IMG/VR virus record: IMGVR_UViG_3300031993_000004
Location: 1-64,000 of that record
From: a virus
Lineage: Duplodnaviria > Caudoviricetes
Direction: 5' to 3' (one strand)
DNA length: 64,000 bases
Part shown: positions 1 to 7,846 of the stretch, in pieces
Position numbering within the stretch: the stretch's first letter is position 1
How the letters are laid out: each line of letters begins with the position of its first letter
Translations under genes and position numbers: made by a program
The notes under the pieces: model-generated
Told to the model about the DNA's origin: nothing
What the model saw: the letters and a program-made list of their open reading frames with translations, nothing else
Database searches by the model: none

Positions 1-49
1 GATACTTATGGTATTTATAAAACCAATCATGGTAGTTCATAGTACTCAT
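1..49 (-). CDS. 5' end of a gene running off the window (MSTMNYHDWFYKYHKY...)
   Basis: ATG at 49 with GAAAGGAG RBS and a late-type promoter upstream. Confidence 0.6.
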   Translation of the reverse strand, partial: MSTMNYHDWFYKYHKY

Positions 50-75
50 ATGGAGCAGCTCCTTTCATTTAAAGT

Positions 76-87
76 TACAGAACCGTT
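76..87 (-). promoter_or_regulatory. putative nvRNAP (middle/late) promoter AACG-N6-TA
   Basis: AACGGTTCTGTAACTTTA, nearly identical to AACGGTTTTGTAACTTTA at 18397; resembles AR9 late consensus AACA-N6-TA. Confidence 0.55.
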
Positions 88-103
88 TGTCGTCAGTAAT
101 CAT

Positions 104-224
104 GATTTCTGTATATATATTATTATGAAGGAAGATAATATCAACCTTCAAAGAAAAATTGATTTAGGCGGTGCGAAGATCTGGCGCCGCCGCAACCTCG
201 TAAGAGGAGAAAGTGAGGACCATT
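104..224 (+). promoter_or_regulatory. early promoter (TATATATTATT) plus structured 5' leader, copy 1
   Basis: homologous to 55798-55920 (-); three hairpins then GAAAGTGAGG RBS. Confidence 0.75.
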
Positions 225-1043
225 ATGAAACGTTACACAGAAGAAGAGATTAACAATCTCTGGGTAAAATTTTCCAACGAGAAGTCTCTTAGCTGGAAAA
301 TGAGAATTCTTTCTACAGAGATCGGCGTGCCCGTGCTGATGACCAGCGAGAGCTGGTCGAGTCGGATGGAAATCCGACTCAATGAATCTGAATTTGCAAC
401 TTCAGATGTCTATGACCCCAAACACATCAGGCTTGCAATCCGTGACGAAGAAATGTTCAAACGGATATTGAGAACATTTGGAAGACTGCCACATGAAGTC
501 GTGAGGGCAGTCGATAGCGCATTCCTCGAGGAACGTGCTGATGGGATATTCGGAATCATGAAACCGATCTCGTCGGAAGAGACCGAGAAAATATTCCGTC
601 GCTGGGATCGGTACCTGAGATGGGTAGATAAGCACTACCCAAATCAGGACACAAATATCTTTTGGGAAACTGAGAAGCTCCCGAAGAACATGCTCTCGTG
701 GGGAGCAAGATATATTCTCGGTGGTATTAAACCATCGAGAATAGCGATCAAAGCAATCTCGAAAGGGATTGCTGAAATTGACCCCTCGGGTATTATTAAA
801 TACACCGAGGACAGCCACTTGTTCTCGGTGTATGATTTCACTTTGTCAGACGAAGGACGGGGACGCTATGAGTCCTTTGGCTGGTCCGCAGCAATGAGCT
901 TGTCCATCCATAAAGCCGTCGAAACGGCTTTTAGTGGCAAGGATAAGAAAGACGATGAAAACATCTTTGTTGTGAATAAAATCCCCGAGCAGTGGGAAAT
1001 TGATGCCGGTTACTATCGTGGCATCAAGAAGAAGCGTGACTAA
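225..1043 (+). CDS. hypothetical early protein
   Basis: ORF with GAAAGTGAGG RBS directly after the conserved leader. Confidence 0.8.
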   Translation: MKRYTEEEINNLWVKFSNEKSLSWKMRILSTEIGVPVLMTSESWSSRMEIRLNESEFATSDVYDPKHIRLAIRDEEMFKRILRTFGRLPHEVVRAVDSAFLEERADGIFGIMKPISSEETEKIFRRWDRYLRWVDKHYPNQDTNIFWETEKLPKNMLSWGARYILGGIKPSRIAIKAISKGIAEIDPSGIIKYTEDSHLFSVYDFTLSDEGRGRYESFGWSAAMSLSIHKAVETAFSGKDKKDDENIFVVNKIPEQWEIDAGYYRGIKKKRD

Positions 1044-1065
1044 TCTCACGCTGCTCGCAACATGA

Positions 1066-1140
1066 GTCCGGCACAGTAGCGCGTTCAGTGCGCACAGCGC
1101 CTGTGCCGGACGACACGGGGAGAAGGAGGTGTGTCCCGTG
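1066..1140 (+). ncRNA. structured 3' element / possible attenuator
   Basis: 11-bp stem GTCCGGCACAG/CTGTGCCGGAC, then CACGGG/CCCGTG stem with AAGGAGGTG in the loop. Confidence 0.4.
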
Positions 1141-1159
1141 ACAAAAAAGAAGAATGACA

Positions 1160-1198
1160 ACGGGCGGGGACACACCCCGCCCGTATCATTTTTTTTTT
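1160..1198 (+). terminator. intrinsic terminator, possibly bidirectional
   Basis: ACGGGCGGGG-ACACA-CCCCGCCCGT followed by a T-run, between convergent genes. Confidence 0.85.
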
Positions 1199-1200
1199 GA

Positions 1201-4200
1201 TTATCCGTTATATATATTATTTATCTGAGATTTGAGGTTAATCAAAACCTTGTTGGCAGCTGCAGTTAGAACAACTGACGGAATCATACGTTTCAGAATT
1301 GAACCAGCTGACACGAACATCGAGATTTCTTCATTCGGTGCGCTTTCAGCATATGGTTCCAAACCTTCCGGAACAACTTCTGAGATGACCTGCTTGGATG
1401 CTGCATACACAACACACTTATCTCCGATTGATACATCGTCACCATGTTCAATGTATATTTCAACAAGAACATCGCAACGAATACCTTTGATCGTTTGACC
1501 CGACAACGGACGCGTCGGTGCACCATACAGTGTTCCCATCTTATAGACAGAATCACTATTATCGTATCTATCCAACATTTTCCGTTTTGCGATATTCTCT
1601 TTGAAATGATTGTCAATGATCTCAAAGAGAGATGGTGACAAACGATCCAACGGGCGATTCGTGTAGATACGAATGTCTTTAACAACACCCGCATGTTTTG
1701 AACGAACAACACGTTTCGCTGTGTCCAGATTGCTACCGGCATCTCTGAATGCATTCAAGAAAGAGTCAACCGCTTTGTCACCAGTATCGCCCAATCCAAA
1801 TACAATCAACGGGTCGCCGATTTCAATTTCGTCGCCAACTTTAACGATGGATTCAATGTCGTCGGTTGCTTCCAGTTTGGATGCTTGACACATTGTAACA
1901 TGGGTTCCCAGACGTTTTGACATCTTGCTTGTCATAATGCCGGCGTCTTCATATGTCGCGTAAGTACCACAAAATGCAACCTTTGCAAGTGGACCAAGAT
2001 TCATACGAACCATCCCGGTCGAATCCTTCGAGAAGAACTTTGAATGATATGCAAGGATATCATTCTTGGAGAATTTGTCTCCCTTCTTGAAGTTTGGAAG
2101 CAGCTTGTTATCAACATAGAATCCAGAACCAGGATTGAATGAGTATCTGCTATTGACCGGAATTGCTTGACGCTTTTTGGAATCATACTGGACGACCATA
2201 TATCCGTCTGCAAGATCAATAACTTGACCATTCTCTTTTGCCATGACAGAAAATTCATCAGACAGATAAGCGGCCGCGATTTCATCCAGACCGTTTGAAA
2301 TCAAAACTGGTTGTGCGTCATCCACCGGAAGAATGTGACCAGTCTGCGACGTTGCGATTGCAGTACGAATTGCATCATCATGTGTCACAGTTCCAGGTGT
2401 CAATAACTCAGAGAACGATGCCAATTGTAAATCGTTATAATCGGCTTCAGTTGGATCATCTGCAATAGTATAGCCACGAACAGACGAAACCTTCGGATCG
2501 ATTGTCAATTGACGAACAATGCCAACATTTGCAGAGTTTGGTGTTGACATTGCCATCTTACCAGTCATAGAAGGATCAAACGAACGTTTTGCTTCTGAAT
2601 ACGCTTTCTCTTGGTTAACACCACCATATCCCTTCTTGGTGATGGTTTCCTCTTCATGCAGTTCAATCATTGGATTCAACGCAGAAGATGTAGAAACTGT
2701 TTCCGTTGCCATCAATTCATTCATGATTGCCATACGGTTGAACACGAGTTTGTTATCACGTGTTCTGGAGCCAACGCTGTTGTTATACTTCGAAATCGCA
2801 ACGGCCAAATGATAATGAATCATTGCCGGAATGATTTCAGAAGAACGGATGCGATACAATGATGAGTTGTTCTCAGATGTGAAGTTGTTATCGGCAAGCA
2901 TGTTCGCTGCATAAATCAGCATATCCGCGATGTTATTCGGAACATGATAATGCTGACAAACATCTTCTGTGATGGCATCAACGAAGAAGTGATAATATGT
3001 GATGAATGTTGTACGCTGTGAATATTGTTTGAAGAACAACTGATTGAAAATATCGACATACACGGAGTTATCATCCATAATGGTCGTTTCAAAATCAGTT
3101 GAATTGTATTGTCGTGTGTTGATGCGATAGAAACCATTGAAGATCAACTGATTCAGAACTGTGTTCTGGATTGCAAGTGTTCGATCTTTAAATGGTATCT
3201 TCAGATATCCAGGCACCTGTTCACGGGGTGCAACATATTTGTATTGTGCACCAGAACGTTTCAACAGAGAAGGAAGACCTTCCCATGCAGCGATTGCAAC
3301 GCCCAATGGAATCAGAACACCGATCTTGATGTCGGCATACATCGACAACTTGTTCGGTTTACCCTTTGCATACAACGCAGAAATATCAGACGGAAGGTTC
3401 TGTGCAATAATCTCCGTCAATGACCGACCTTTTCGGTCCAATCCGGTTTCAGTATTCAGAACGATCGGGACTTGGTTAATCATGCCACAGCAGAATTCAT
3501 TGTCATCGACGTTCACGAACCCATAGTCACGTTCACACTGGTCGCGGTTGAAGATTATCTTACAGACAAGATCCCTGTTTTCAAACATGTACCACGACTT
3601 TGCGTATTCATCATATTCAATCGTCGAGATGAATCGATTGTTCGTAACAACTGAGCTTCCGTATTGGACATATGGATTCTTACCCTTAGCGTCATTTCTC
3701 GATGCAACGGCTTTCAGCATCATCGTAATGTCGACAAGAGATTTCGTATCATAACGAGATACGGTAATCTTGTTATAATTCGATGTCAGAATGACCTTCT
3801 TCTTATTGATTTTCAGAATCGGAATCGGGAAATCCTGTTTGCCGATATTATACGTTGATCCATTATAAATGAATCTTCCGTTCTGCATGACAGGAACGAC
3901 GATGTCGATATGCGACGTTGTGCCAGAACGCTTATTCTTCAACTGCACACGCCAGTTATGCATCATAGAAATCGGAGTTGAGATATCCGTGACATCAATC
4001 TTCGTGACAACGAATCCTTCAGGAAGTTTCTGTAATGTCATGAATGTTGATACGATGTCCTGATCCATCATATTTTCCTCATATGCTTCTGCAATACGAG
4101 GGAATGATGAACCCTTTTGCGCACCTGGATTCAATGTTGTAATCCGAGATGGAATAGAAGGTGGTGGCATCGGAATGTCTGTTACTGACTTCACAGAATC

Positions 4201-5403
4201 AGTATTCAATTCCTTCAAACGAATTTGTCCAATATTGGAACGAAGTTTGTATTCACGTGCGGATGTTGTCGTTCGCATAATGGATGCTTCATTTGAAGGT
4301 GCGCGCATTGCTGCCAATGATTTTGATGTCTGATTGATGATCTGATTTTCAACCGGTTTGTCTCCACCGAGTTCCAAATCTGCAGCAATACGTTTGTAAT
4401 TTGCGAGCTTCGATTCATTTGGTGTGATCCGATGTAACAGCCGTGTATTGATATCAAGAGTCTTTGCACGATACATGTCACTCTTGTTGCTTGCTGTTGA
4501 CGATACGCCAAATTTATCTTTCAATGCCTGAATAGATGATGCCAAACCGGAACGACGTACACCGGATCCGCCTGTTGTCGCATCAGCATCACTACCGTTC
4601 TTCTCTTCTGATACATTGGCATTGATCGAATCGATCATCTCATCGACGGATTCATCATCGTCGTCTGTCGATGATGTCTTCGGTCCATTATATGGGCTGC
4701 CGATTGTTTTGCACATGGCTTTGATGGCATCCACATCAGCATTTGATGTAGATCTCAAATCCATTTTGTAGTCAGCTGTCGATGAACGGAAAATGACGGT
4801 GATATCCTGTGTAATCTTTCCGCCAGTTCCATACATATATGATCCCAACAGACCATTGATCAAATCTGCTTTGACGGGTTCATCCGTGTCATAAATCTTA
4901 TACCGGTCGGTATTGACAATCAGAATCTTCCGCTTTGCACTTGTGAACTGTTGCAACAATGTTGACAACATCTGTGGTGCATTACGGTTCATATATTCAA
5001 TCGACAACGGTCTGATGGATTGTGTCATCTGACGCATGACATCTGACAACGAGACATATACATCAGCATGTGACAATTTATTGATAGGAGGTTTGACAAC
5101 CTGAATCATTGGCGCGAGTTTCTGTTTCATCAGGTAATCAACTTTATTCCGATATTCGGACTGTGAAAGAGCATACTTTATATTCGTTGCTCCTATTTTA
5201 CTACCCAACGAATACGGAATGATAATTTTTGTGATCACCCGCGGCGGGGGTATCTTCTTGATCATTTCGACATCATATTCGAATGATCCAGAAAGCAAGA
5301 ATACCGCAACGTCTTCCGTATCTTTCGGAAGCGAGAATGGTGATGACATTGATTGCAGGTTACGACCTGTTGCAAGATCGGTTGCTTCCTGGTAAAACGG
5401 CAT
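1201..5403 (-). CDS. multisubunit RNA polymerase beta subunit, N-terminal/central part (virion RNAP, phiKZ gp178-like)
   Basis: STPNSANVGIVRQL (cf. TPEGPNIGLI), TYEDAGIM, IGDKCVVYAASKQVIS (two conserved Lys), ILKRMIP; lacks the C-terminal GGQRFGEME part; about 400-aa N-terminal extension. Confidence 0.9.
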   Translation of the reverse strand: MPFYQEATDLATGRNLQSMSSPFSLPKDTEDVAVFLLSGSFEYDVEMIKKIPPPRVITKIIIPYSLGSKIGATNIKYALSQSEYRNKVDYLMKQKLAPMIQVVKPPINKLSHADVYVSLSDVMRQMTQSIRPLSIEYMNRNAPQMLSTLLQQFTSAKRKILIVNTDRYKIYDTDEPVKADLINGLLGSYMYGTGGKITQDITVIFRSSTADYKMDLRSTSNADVDAIKAMCKTIGSPYNGPKTSSTDDDDESVDEMIDSINANVSEEKNGSDADATTGGSGVRRSGLASSIQALKDKFGVSSTASNKSDMYRAKTLDINTRLLHRITPNESKLANYKRIAADLELGGDKPVENQIINQTSKSLAAMRAPSNEASIMRTTTSAREYKLRSNIGQIRLKELNTDSVKSVTDIPMPPPSIPSRITTLNPGAQKGSSFPRIAEAYEENMMDQDIVSTFMTLQKLPEGFVVTKIDVTDISTPISMMHNWRVQLKNKRSGTTSHIDIVVPVMQNGRFIYNGSTYNIGKQDFPIPILKINKKKVILTSNYNKITVSRYDTKSLVDITMMLKAVASRNDAKGKNPYVQYGSSVVTNNRFISTIEYDEYAKSWYMFENRDLVCKIIFNRDQCERDYGFVNVDDNEFCCGMINQVPIVLNTETGLDRKGRSLTEIIAQNLPSDISALYAKGKPNKLSMYADIKIGVLIPLGVAIAAWEGLPSLLKRSGAQYKYVAPREQVPGYLKIPFKDRTLAIQNTVLNQLIFNGFYRINTRQYNSTDFETTIMDDNSVYVDIFNQLFFKQYSQRTTFITYYHFFVDAITEDVCQHYHVPNNIADMLIYAANMLADNNFTSENNSSLYRIRSSEIIPAMIHYHLAVAISKYNNSVGSRTRDNKLVFNRMAIMNELMATETVSTSSALNPMIELHEEETITKKGYGGVNQEKAYSEAKRSFDPSMTGKMAMSTPNSANVGIVRQLTIDPKVSSVRGYTIADDPTEADYNDLQLASFSELLTPGTVTHDDAIRTAIATSQTGHILPVDDAQPVLISNGLDEIAAAYLSDEFSVMAKENGQVIDLADGYMVVQYDSKKRQAIPVNSRYSFNPGSGFYVDNKLLPNFKKGDKFSKNDILAYHSKFFSKDSTGMVRMNLGPLAKVAFCGTYATYEDAGIMTSKMSKRLGTHVTMCQASKLEATDDIESIVKVGDEIEIGDPLIVFGLGDTGDKAVDSFLNAFRDAGSNLDTAKRVVRSKHAGVVKDIRIYTNRPLDRLSPSLFEIIDNHFKENIAKRKMLDRYDNSDSVYKMGTLYGAPTRPLSGQTIKGIRCDVLVEIYIEHGDDVSIGDKCVVYAASKQVISEVVPEGLEPYAESAPNEEISMFVSAGSILKRMIPSVVLTAAANKVLINLKSQINNIYNG

Positions 5404-5440
5404 ACTATCATCTCCTCATAGAAAGGTGGGATTAAGAGAA

Positions 5441-5632
5441 ATGTCTAAGCATCCATATTACCACACATGCCCGCTGTGTGGTGCAAATTTGGATCCGAAT
5501 GAAAAATGTGACTGTCAGGATGCTGAGGTTACAAAAAAGTCAGAAGAAAGTGGAGTGAATTATGAAAATGAACAAGATGACAAAAGATGTCAGATTCGTA
5601 ACGATGGAGGATATCACGGGATCACCTGGTGA
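5441..5632 (+). CDS. small Cys-rich zinc-ribbon protein
   Basis: CPLCGANLDPNEKCDC motif; GAAAGGTGG RBS. Confidence 0.65.
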   Translation: MSKHPYYHTCPLCGANLDPNEKCDCQDAEVTKKSEESGVNYENEQDDKRCQIRNDGGYHGITW

Positions 5633-5831
5633 ACAGAATCCGGTTGTTTATAACACCGCGCTTCCCGTTGAGCGTCGCAAGGCGTTATTCCAGAAGCATA
5701 TGTCTTCGAGATATCCGAATCACAAATTTACCGAAGAGGAACTTGACCAACTGATGTCATTTGATGAGCTTCATCTCGTCGAGTTTGTGAAACTCGTCAA
5801 ATTATTTATCACCGGAAAGGCGTATACTTAA
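5562..5831 (+). CDS. hypothetical protein
   Basis: ORF with GGAG RBS, followed by structured region and terminator. Confidence 0.65.
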   Translation: MKMNKMTKDVRFVTMEDITGSPGEQNPVVYNTALPVERRKALFQKHMSSRYPNHKFTEEELDQLMSFDELHLVEFVKLVKLFITGKAYT

Positions 5832-5973
5832 TGTGTAATTTCGGAATGATCGGCTGATTCATGGGTCAAACCTCCTTTCTGAAGTCTATGAGCTGAGCAT
5901 TCGCGCGTTCGGTCATCATCTTTGCTCGTGCGGGCACACGGGCAAAAAAAACGATCATTCTGAAATAAGATGT

Positions 5974-6010
5974 AGCGGCGGGGAAACCCGCCGCCGCATT
6001 CTTCTTTTTT
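5974..6010 (+). terminator. intrinsic terminator
   Basis: GCGGCGGG-GAAA-CCCGCCGC then TTCTTCTTTTTT. Confidence 0.8.
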
Positions 6011-6613
6011 TTAATCGTCATTGTCAATAAATTCAGCACACAGCATTGCGCCATTCATTGTTACGATTCTCTGAATCGTTGTAATCGATATCATCATCGC
6101 CGCACGTTCCTTCGGCGATGCTTTCCGATATTTGGATACAAGCTGTGAAACATTATTCACGATTGTCGGTTTCAAAGTCGTCGTCAGTTTCCGTCTGACA
6201 TCTGCGGGTGTCACTTTGTAGAACTCAAGAACTTCACCAAATGCGATTGCAAAATTGATGTCATCCTTATAGAACCACTCCAGCATTTGGGAATCGCTTG
6301 TGCATGGATTGAACATGTCCAGCCAGATATAGCAGTATACACCCGGTTGCTTTTCATGTATGATATCCAACACTTCTTTGAGTTTTGTCTGTGAAATGGT
6401 GTTCGTTTCCGAATTCAACAATTTCACAAGACGCTCATTCAATGACGTGAGTTTGATAGTTCCGTCAGCAACAGCTCGACATAATGCAGCCATGATGATA
6501 TCATTGTTGACCTTCTTAGAGAAGTCAATCGTTGGTTTCACATCGACAACATTATGCAAGTTTTCAACGGACTCTTTCGTCATTAAAGCTTTCGCTTCTT
6601 CAAGAGTCATCAT
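6011..6613 (-). CDS. hypothetical protein
   Basis: GGAGG RBS before ATG 6613 (MMTLEEAK). Confidence 0.75.
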   Translation of the reverse strand: MMTLEEAKALMTKESVENLHNVVDVKPTIDFSKKVNNDIIMAALCRAVADGTIKLTSLNERLVKLLNSETNTISQTKLKEVLDIIHEKQPGVYCYIWLDMFNPCTSDSQMLEWFYKDDINFAIAFGEVLEFYKVTPADVRRKLTTTLKPTIVNNVSQLVSKYRKASPKERAAMMISITTIQRIVTMNGAMLCAEFIDNDD

Positions 6614-6977
6614 TTGTTGTATCCTCCGTATCAACATAATGTGCTTTTGCCGATTCAATACGAATGTAGTCCGTCTTGTCATTTTCGTTTGTTTCCCAGC
6701 ATTTCCGGAATTCATCAATAAATTTTGTCAAACATTCCGGCGAGCAAACATCATGTACTTCGATTGATTCAATCGATTCCGCACCCCATGCGTCATGTCC
6801 TGTTGTAACACTGAGATATTTCTCGCGGTTTTTGATGCGTTTACCGCACGTGTCACATGTGATTCCTGTTACGATCTTTTTCTCCAATGCAGGTGTGTCT
6901 GGATGCGTCTTCTTCCAAATATCAAACTCGGCATGAGACATATACACCTGCTTGATTGTAATTTCCATCTGAGACAT
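6600..6977 (-). CDS. zinc-finger-containing hypothetical early protein
   Basis: CDTC...DVCSPEC; GAAAGGAGG RBS. Confidence 0.75.
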   Translation of the reverse strand: MSQMEITIKQVYMSHAEFDIWKKTHPDTPALEKKIVTGITCDTCGKRIKNREKYLSVTTGHDAWGAESIESIEVHDVCSPECLTKFIDEFRKCWETNENDKTDYIRIESAKAHYVDTEDTTNDDS

Positions 6978-6997
6978 AAACGTCCCTCCTTTCGCGG

Positions 6998-7020
6998 AAA
7001 TAATATAAATATATGAAATA
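6998..7020 (-). promoter_or_regulatory. putative early (virion RNAP) promoter
   Basis: ATATTTATATTATTT between a terminator and an RBS. Confidence 0.55.
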
Positions 7021-7023
7021 TAA

Positions 7024-7056
7024 AAAAATATCGTATGGGGGCCGAAGCCCCCATAC
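7024..7056 (-). terminator. intrinsic terminator
   Basis: TATGGGGGC-TTCG-GCCCCCATA followed by a T-run on the minus strand. Confidence 0.8.
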
Positions 7057-7066
7057 AACATCTTCA

Positions 7067-7846
7067 TCAATAGCGAGACATGTGCGTCGCAGCCGGATCC
7101 AGCTTGAGCAGATAATCCATCTCTGCAAGGCAGAATTCGACGATTGCACGTTCCATTCCCTCTTCCTGGGTAATGGGCTTGCCCGCATAATATGCTTCTG
7201 ATACGAAGTGTGCAGTTGCACGCAGAATGAAGGATTCATTCGTAGCTTCATCAGAGACCTCTTCAGGCTTGCTGGTCTTACGCTCTGCAAGCTTCTCGTC
7301 CAGATCACTGAATACCGGAGAATCGTTGGATTGCGAAATGACTTTCGCAACATCATTGACGACCTTCTTGGAAACAACTTCCTTGATTCTTTCCCGAAGC
7401 TCATCATAGTTCTCGATATTCTTCAGCTCTTCCTTCAGAGTTTCTGCATCAGCAGTGGTTGAATCATCCTGACGGTCAACCACTTTGGATTGTACCGTCA
7501 TAGTCTTCTCGTCGATTTCCTGGATGATATCGGAGAGGACAGGTGAATTCAGTTTACCATTTGCTTTGCAAAGGTAATCATAGCATGTGCAGTTGTAATC
7601 ATTGCGGACATGATCCATGATCGATTGATCGATCATGCCGTCAAGATCTTTGGTTTCGTCATGCATCATCGCACAAATGATGTCTTTGAGAACATACAGC
7701 GAAAGTTTTTCGCGGAATTTCCCGGCATCAAATGTTGAAGGCATTGCAGTTCCCGGATTCTGATGAATCGTTGAATTCACATTATTCGGGAATTTATTGT
7801 TGGCTCCATCGATAATGGAATCCAACATTGATTTGATATCAGGCAT
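7067..7846 (-). CDS. putative virion (head) structural protein
   Basis: translationally coupled to the large QE-motif protein; acidic linker followed by TNE|SF. Confidence 0.55.
   Translation of the reverse strand: MPDIKSMLDSIIDGANNKFPNNVNSTIHQNPGTAMPSTFDAGKFREKLSLYVLKDIICAMMHDETKDLDGMIDQSIMDHVRNDYNCTCYDYLCKANGKLNSPVLSDIIQEIDEKTMTVQSKVVDRQDDSTTADAETLKEELKNIENYDELRERIKEVVSKKVVNDVAKVISQSNDSPVFSDLDEKLAERKTSKPEEVSDEATNESFILRATAHFVSEAYYAGKPITQEEGMERAIVEFCLAEMDYLLKLDPAATHMSRY

Noticed and set aside
126-220. Leader as a hammerhead ribozyme (three stems and GAAA)
   Set aside because: No CUGANGA core; GAAAGTGAGG is the RBS.
8-253. ORFs 8..253 and 55489..55896 share MKEDNINLQ and look like protein paralogs
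   Set aside because: The shared peptide is the translation of the conserved promoter/leader hairpin. It has no RBS, and it is in frame with the downstream gene in only one copy.
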